This document shows positions 59,950-64,000 of a stretch of 64,000 bases of DNA, in pieces. Origin of the DNA: the human T2T-CHM13v2.0 reference genome, Homo sapiens; assembly GCF_009914755.1 (NCBI RefSeq), contig NC_060933.1; one strand, given 5' to 3'. How positions within the stretch are numbered: position 1 is the stretch's first letter; each line of letters starts with the position of its first letter. The notes below the pieces were generated by a model. That model ran no database searches, had not been told where the DNA came from, and worked only from the letters and a program-made list of their open reading frames with translations. A program made the translations under genes and the position numbers.

Positions 59950-62280
59950 ATGGAATGCAATGGAATGGATTCAACTTGAATGGAATGGAAAGAATGGAAT
60001 CAACACGAGTGGAATGGCATGGATTGGAATGGAATGGAAAGGAATCAACCCGAGTACAGGGGAATGGAATGGAATGGAGTGCAGTGGAATGGAATCAACC
60101 GTAATGGAATTGAAAGTAATGGAATGGAATGGAATGGAATGGAATGGAATGGAATGGAATCAACTCGATTGCAATCGAATGGAATGGAATGGAATTAACC
60201 CGAATAGAATGGAATGGAATGGAATGGAACGGAACGGAATGGAATGGAATGGAATGGAATGGAATGGAACGGAACGGAATGGAATGGAATGGAATGGAAT
60301 GGAATCAACGCGAGTGCAGGGGAATGGAATGGAATGGAATGCAATGGAATGGAATCTTCCGGAATGGAATGAAATGGAATGGAATGGAATGAAAAGCAAT
60401 GGATTCAACTCGATTGCAATGGAATGGAATAGAATGGAATGGAATGGAATGGAATGGAATTAATCCGAATAGAATGGAATGGAATGCAATGGAACGGAAT
60501 GGAATGGAATGGAATTGTATGGAATGGAATGGAATGGTACGGAATAGAATGGAATGGAACGAATTGTAATGGAATGGAATTGAATGGAATGGAATGGAAT
60601 GGAATGGAATCAACGCGAGTCCAGGGGAATGTAATGGAAAGGAATGCAATGGAATGGAATCATCCGGAATGGAATGGAATGGAATGGAATGGAATGGAAT
60701 CAACCCGAGTGCAATGGAATGGAGTGGAATGGAATGGAATGGAATGGAACAACCAGAATGGAATGGAATGTAATGGAGAGTAAGGGAGTTGAATAGAATC
60801 AATCCGAATGTAATGGAATGGAATGCAACGGAATGGAATGGAATGGAATGGAATGGAATGCAATGGAATTGAATCAACCCGAGTACAATGGAATGGAATG
60901 GAATGGAATGGAATGGAATGGAATGGAATGGAATGGAATGGAATGATACGGAATAGAATGGAATGGAACGAAATGGAATGGAAAGGAATGGAATGGAATG
61001 GAATGGAATGGAATGGAATCAACCCGAGTGCAGGGGAATGGAATGGAATGGAATGCAATGGAATGGAATCATCCGGAATGGAATGGAATGGAATGGAATG
61101 CAAAGCAATGGAATCAACTCGATTGCAATGGAATGGAATGGAATGGAAAGGAATACATTGGAATCAACCCGAGTGGAATGGAATGGAAAGGACTGGAATG
61201 GAGTGGAATGGAATGGAATGGAATGGAATGGAATCAACTCGATTGGAATGGAATGGAATGGAATGGAATTAACCCGAATAGAATGGAATGGAATGGAATG
61301 GAACGGAACGGAATGGAATGGAATGGAATGGAATGGAATGGAATGGAATGGAATGGAATGGAATCAACCCGACTGCAGGGGAATGGAATGGAATGGAAGA
61401 CAATGGAATGGATTCAACTTGAATGGAATGGAAAGAATGGAATCAACACGAGTGGAATGGCATGGATTGGAATGGAATGGAATGGAATCAACCCGAGTAC
61501 AGGGGAATGGAATGGAATGGAATGCAATGGAATGGAATCATCCGTAATGGAATGGAAAGGAATGGAATGGAATGGAATGGAATGGAATGGAATGGAATGG
61601 AATCAACTCGATTGCAATCGAATGGAATGGAATGGAATTAACCCGAATAGAATGGAATGGAATGGAATGGAACGGAACGGAACGGAACGGAACGGAGTGG
61701 AATGGAATGGAATGGAATTGTATGGAATGGAATGGCATGGTACGGAATAGAATGGAATGGAAAGAATTGGAACGGAATGACATCGAATGGAATGGAATGG
61801 AATGGAATGGAATCAACCCGAGTGCAATGGAATGGAGTGGAATGGAATGGAATGGAATGGAACAACCCGAATGGAATGGAATGTAATGGAGAGTAAGGGA
61901 GATGAATAGAATCAATCCGAATGTAACGGAATGGAATGCAACGGAATGGAAAGGAATGGAATGGAATGGAATGGAATGCAATGGAATGGAATCAACCCGA
62001 GTACAATGGAATGGAATGGAATGGAATGGAATGGAATGGAATGGAATGCCTTCAAATCGAATGGAATGGAAAGGAATGTAATCAACACGAGTGGAATGGA
62101 ATGGAATGGAATGGAATGGAATGGAATGATACGGAATAGAATGGAATGCAACGAAATGGAATGGAATGGAATGGAATGGAATGGAATGGAATGGAATCGT
62201 TCCGAGTGGAATAGGAGGGAATGTATTCGAGTGGAATGGAAAGGAATGGAATCAACCAGAGTGGAATGGAAGGGAATGGA
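59950..62280 (+). repeat. Third copy of ~49885-52230
   Basis: Shared CAACCGTAATGGAATTGAAA (50032/56671/60096), GAGTCCAGGG, GACATCG (51725/58369/61779) and CTTCAAATCG. Confidence 0.9.
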
Positions 62281-62289
62281 ATGGAATGG

Positions 62290-64000
62290 AATGCAATGGA
62301 ATGGAATCAACCCGAGTACAATGGAATGGAATGGAATGGAATGGAATGGAATGGAATGGAATGGAATGGAATGCAATGGAATGGAATCTTCCGGAATGGA
62401 ATGGAATGGAATGGAATGGAATGGAATGGAATGGAGTGGAGTGCAATGGATTCAACTCGATTGCAATGGAATGGAATAGAATGGAATGGAATGGAATGGA
62501 ATGCAATGGAATTAAACCGAATAGAATGGAATGGAATGGAATGGAATGGAACAGAACGGAACGGAACAGAACGGAGTGGAAAGGAATGGAATGGAATTGT
62601 ATGGAATGGAATAGAATGGTACGGAATAGAAAGGAATGGAAAGAATTGGAATGGAATGGAATGGAATGGAATGGAATGGAATGGAATGGAATCAACCCGA
62701 GTGCAATGGAATGGAGTGGAATGCAATGGAATGGAATGGAATGGAACAACCCGAATGGAATGGAATGTAATGGAGAGTAAGGGAGTTGAACAGAATCTAT
62801 CCGAATGTAATGGAATGGAAAGGAATGGAATGGAATGGAATGGAATGGAATGGAATGGAATGCAATGCAATGGAATGGAATCAACCCGAGTACAAAGGAA
62901 CAGAATGTAATGTAATGTAATGGAATGGAATGGAATGGAATGGAATGGAATGGAATCAACCCGAGTGCAATGGAATGGAGAGGAATGGAATGCAATGGAA
63001 TGGAAACTACCCGAATGGAATGGAATGTAATGGAGTGTAAGGGAATTGAATAGAATCAATCCGAATGGAATGGAATGGAATAGAACGGAATGTAATGTAA
63101 TGGAATGGAATGGAATCAACCTGAGTGCAGGGGAATGGAATGGAATGGAATGCAATGGAATGGAATCATCCGGAATGGAATGGAATGGAATGCAATGGAA
63201 TGGAATGGAATGGAATCAACCCGAGTGCAATGGAATGGAGTGAAATGGAATGGAATGGAATGGAGACAACCAGAATGGATTGGAATATAATGGAGTGTAA
63301 GGGAATTGAATAGAATAAATCTGAATGTAATGAAATGGAATGGAACGGAATGGAATGGAATGGAATGGAATGGAATGGAATGCAATGGAATGGAATCAAC
63401 CCGAGGGCAATCGAATGGAATCGAATGGAATGGAATGCAATGGAATGGATTCAACTTGAATGGAATGGAAAGAATGGAATCAACACGAGTGGAATGGCAT
63501 GGATTGGAATGGAATGGAATGGAATCAACCCGAGTATAGGGGAATGGAATGGAATGGAATGCAATGGAATGGAATCATCCGTAATGGAATGGAAAGGAAT
63601 GGAATGGAATGGAATGGAATGGAATCAACTCGATTGCAATCGAATGGAATGGAATGGAATTAACCCGAATAGACAGGAATGGAATGGAATGGAACGGAAC
63701 GGAATGGAATGGAATGGAACGGAAAGGAAGGGAATGGAATGGAATAGAATGGAATGGAATGGAATCAACGCGAGTGCAGGGGAATGGAATGGAATGGAAT
63801 GCAATGGAATGGAATCTTCCGGAATGGAATGGAATGGAATGGAATGGAATGGAATTGAATGGAATCAACCCGAGTGCAATGGAATGAAGTGGAATGGAAT
63901 GGAATGGAATGGAACAACCCGAATGGAATGGAATGTAATGGAGAGTAAGGGAGTTGAATAGAATCAATCCGAATGTAATGGAATGGAATGGAACGGAATG
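62290..64000 (+). repeat. Young copy of ~54730-56440 (offset ~7564), truncated by window end
   Basis: Identical or near-identical ORFs at 55482/63046, 55742/63306 and 55896/63460. Shared AGAATAAATCTG, ATAGACAGG, GAACAGAATC and GAGTACAAAGG. Confidence 0.92.

Larger units (their letters stand above)
1..64000 (+). repeat. Satellite III-type (HSat3-like) array, (GGAAT)n/(ATTCC)n, pericentromeric or acrocentric-type heterochromatin
   Basis: GGAAT pentamers dominate from first to last base, interspersed with the HSat3-diagnostic CAACCCGAGT decamer (e.g. 96-105) and variants CAACTCGATT, CAACGCGAGT, CAACACGAGT. The HSat2-type CATTCGATTC periodic pattern is absent. No non-satellite sequence seen. Confidence 0.97.
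1..64000 (+). ncRNA. Potential template for G-rich-strand SatIII (GGAAU-repeat) lncRNA; no transcript boundaries definable
   Basis: Established: HSat3 arrays are transcribed under stress in an HSF1-dependent way, mainly giving G-rich-strand RNA. Whether this particular array is transcribed cannot be seen from the sequence. Confidence 0.25.

Noticed and set aside
1-64000. CRISPR-like look of conserved words separated by spacers
   Set aside because: The spacers are GGAAT tracts, not unique sequence. Spacing is irregular, and there is no leader or cas gene.
1-64000. HSat2, alpha satellite or telomeric repeat identity
   Set aside because: No periodic CATTCGATTC pattern, no 171-bp alphoid monomer or CENP-B box, and no TTAGGG tracts.

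Overview
The whole 64 kb is one uninterrupted, single-orientation block of classical satellite III-type DNA (human HSat3-like). The + strand is (GGAAT)n (minus strand (ATTCC)n), punctuated by the diagnostic CAACCCGAGT decamer and its variants. I see no credible genes, RNA genes, transposon insertions or CRISPR arrays; every ORF in the track is an artefact of the stop-free pentamer. The structure lies inside the satellite: (1) about 7 conserved sequence modules joined by variable-length GGAAT spacers; (2) about 43 perfect three-unit heat-shock elements (GGAATCTTCCGGAAT) and about 28 copies of a 14-bp palindrome (TCGATTGCAATCGA), usually ~190-200 bp apart, in a background of TEAD/MCAT motifs; (3) a patchwork of 45-bp to ~7-kb duplications, with the youngest near-identical copies at 48-64 kb; (4) an older, rarer sequence layer; (5) pentamer register slips that are all -1. 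Counts and coordinates were made by eye and duplication edges are approximate. Chromosome and subfamily cannot be assigned without a search. I found no novel protein-coding system; the best candidate for a system is a satellite-encoded transcription-factor binding platform.
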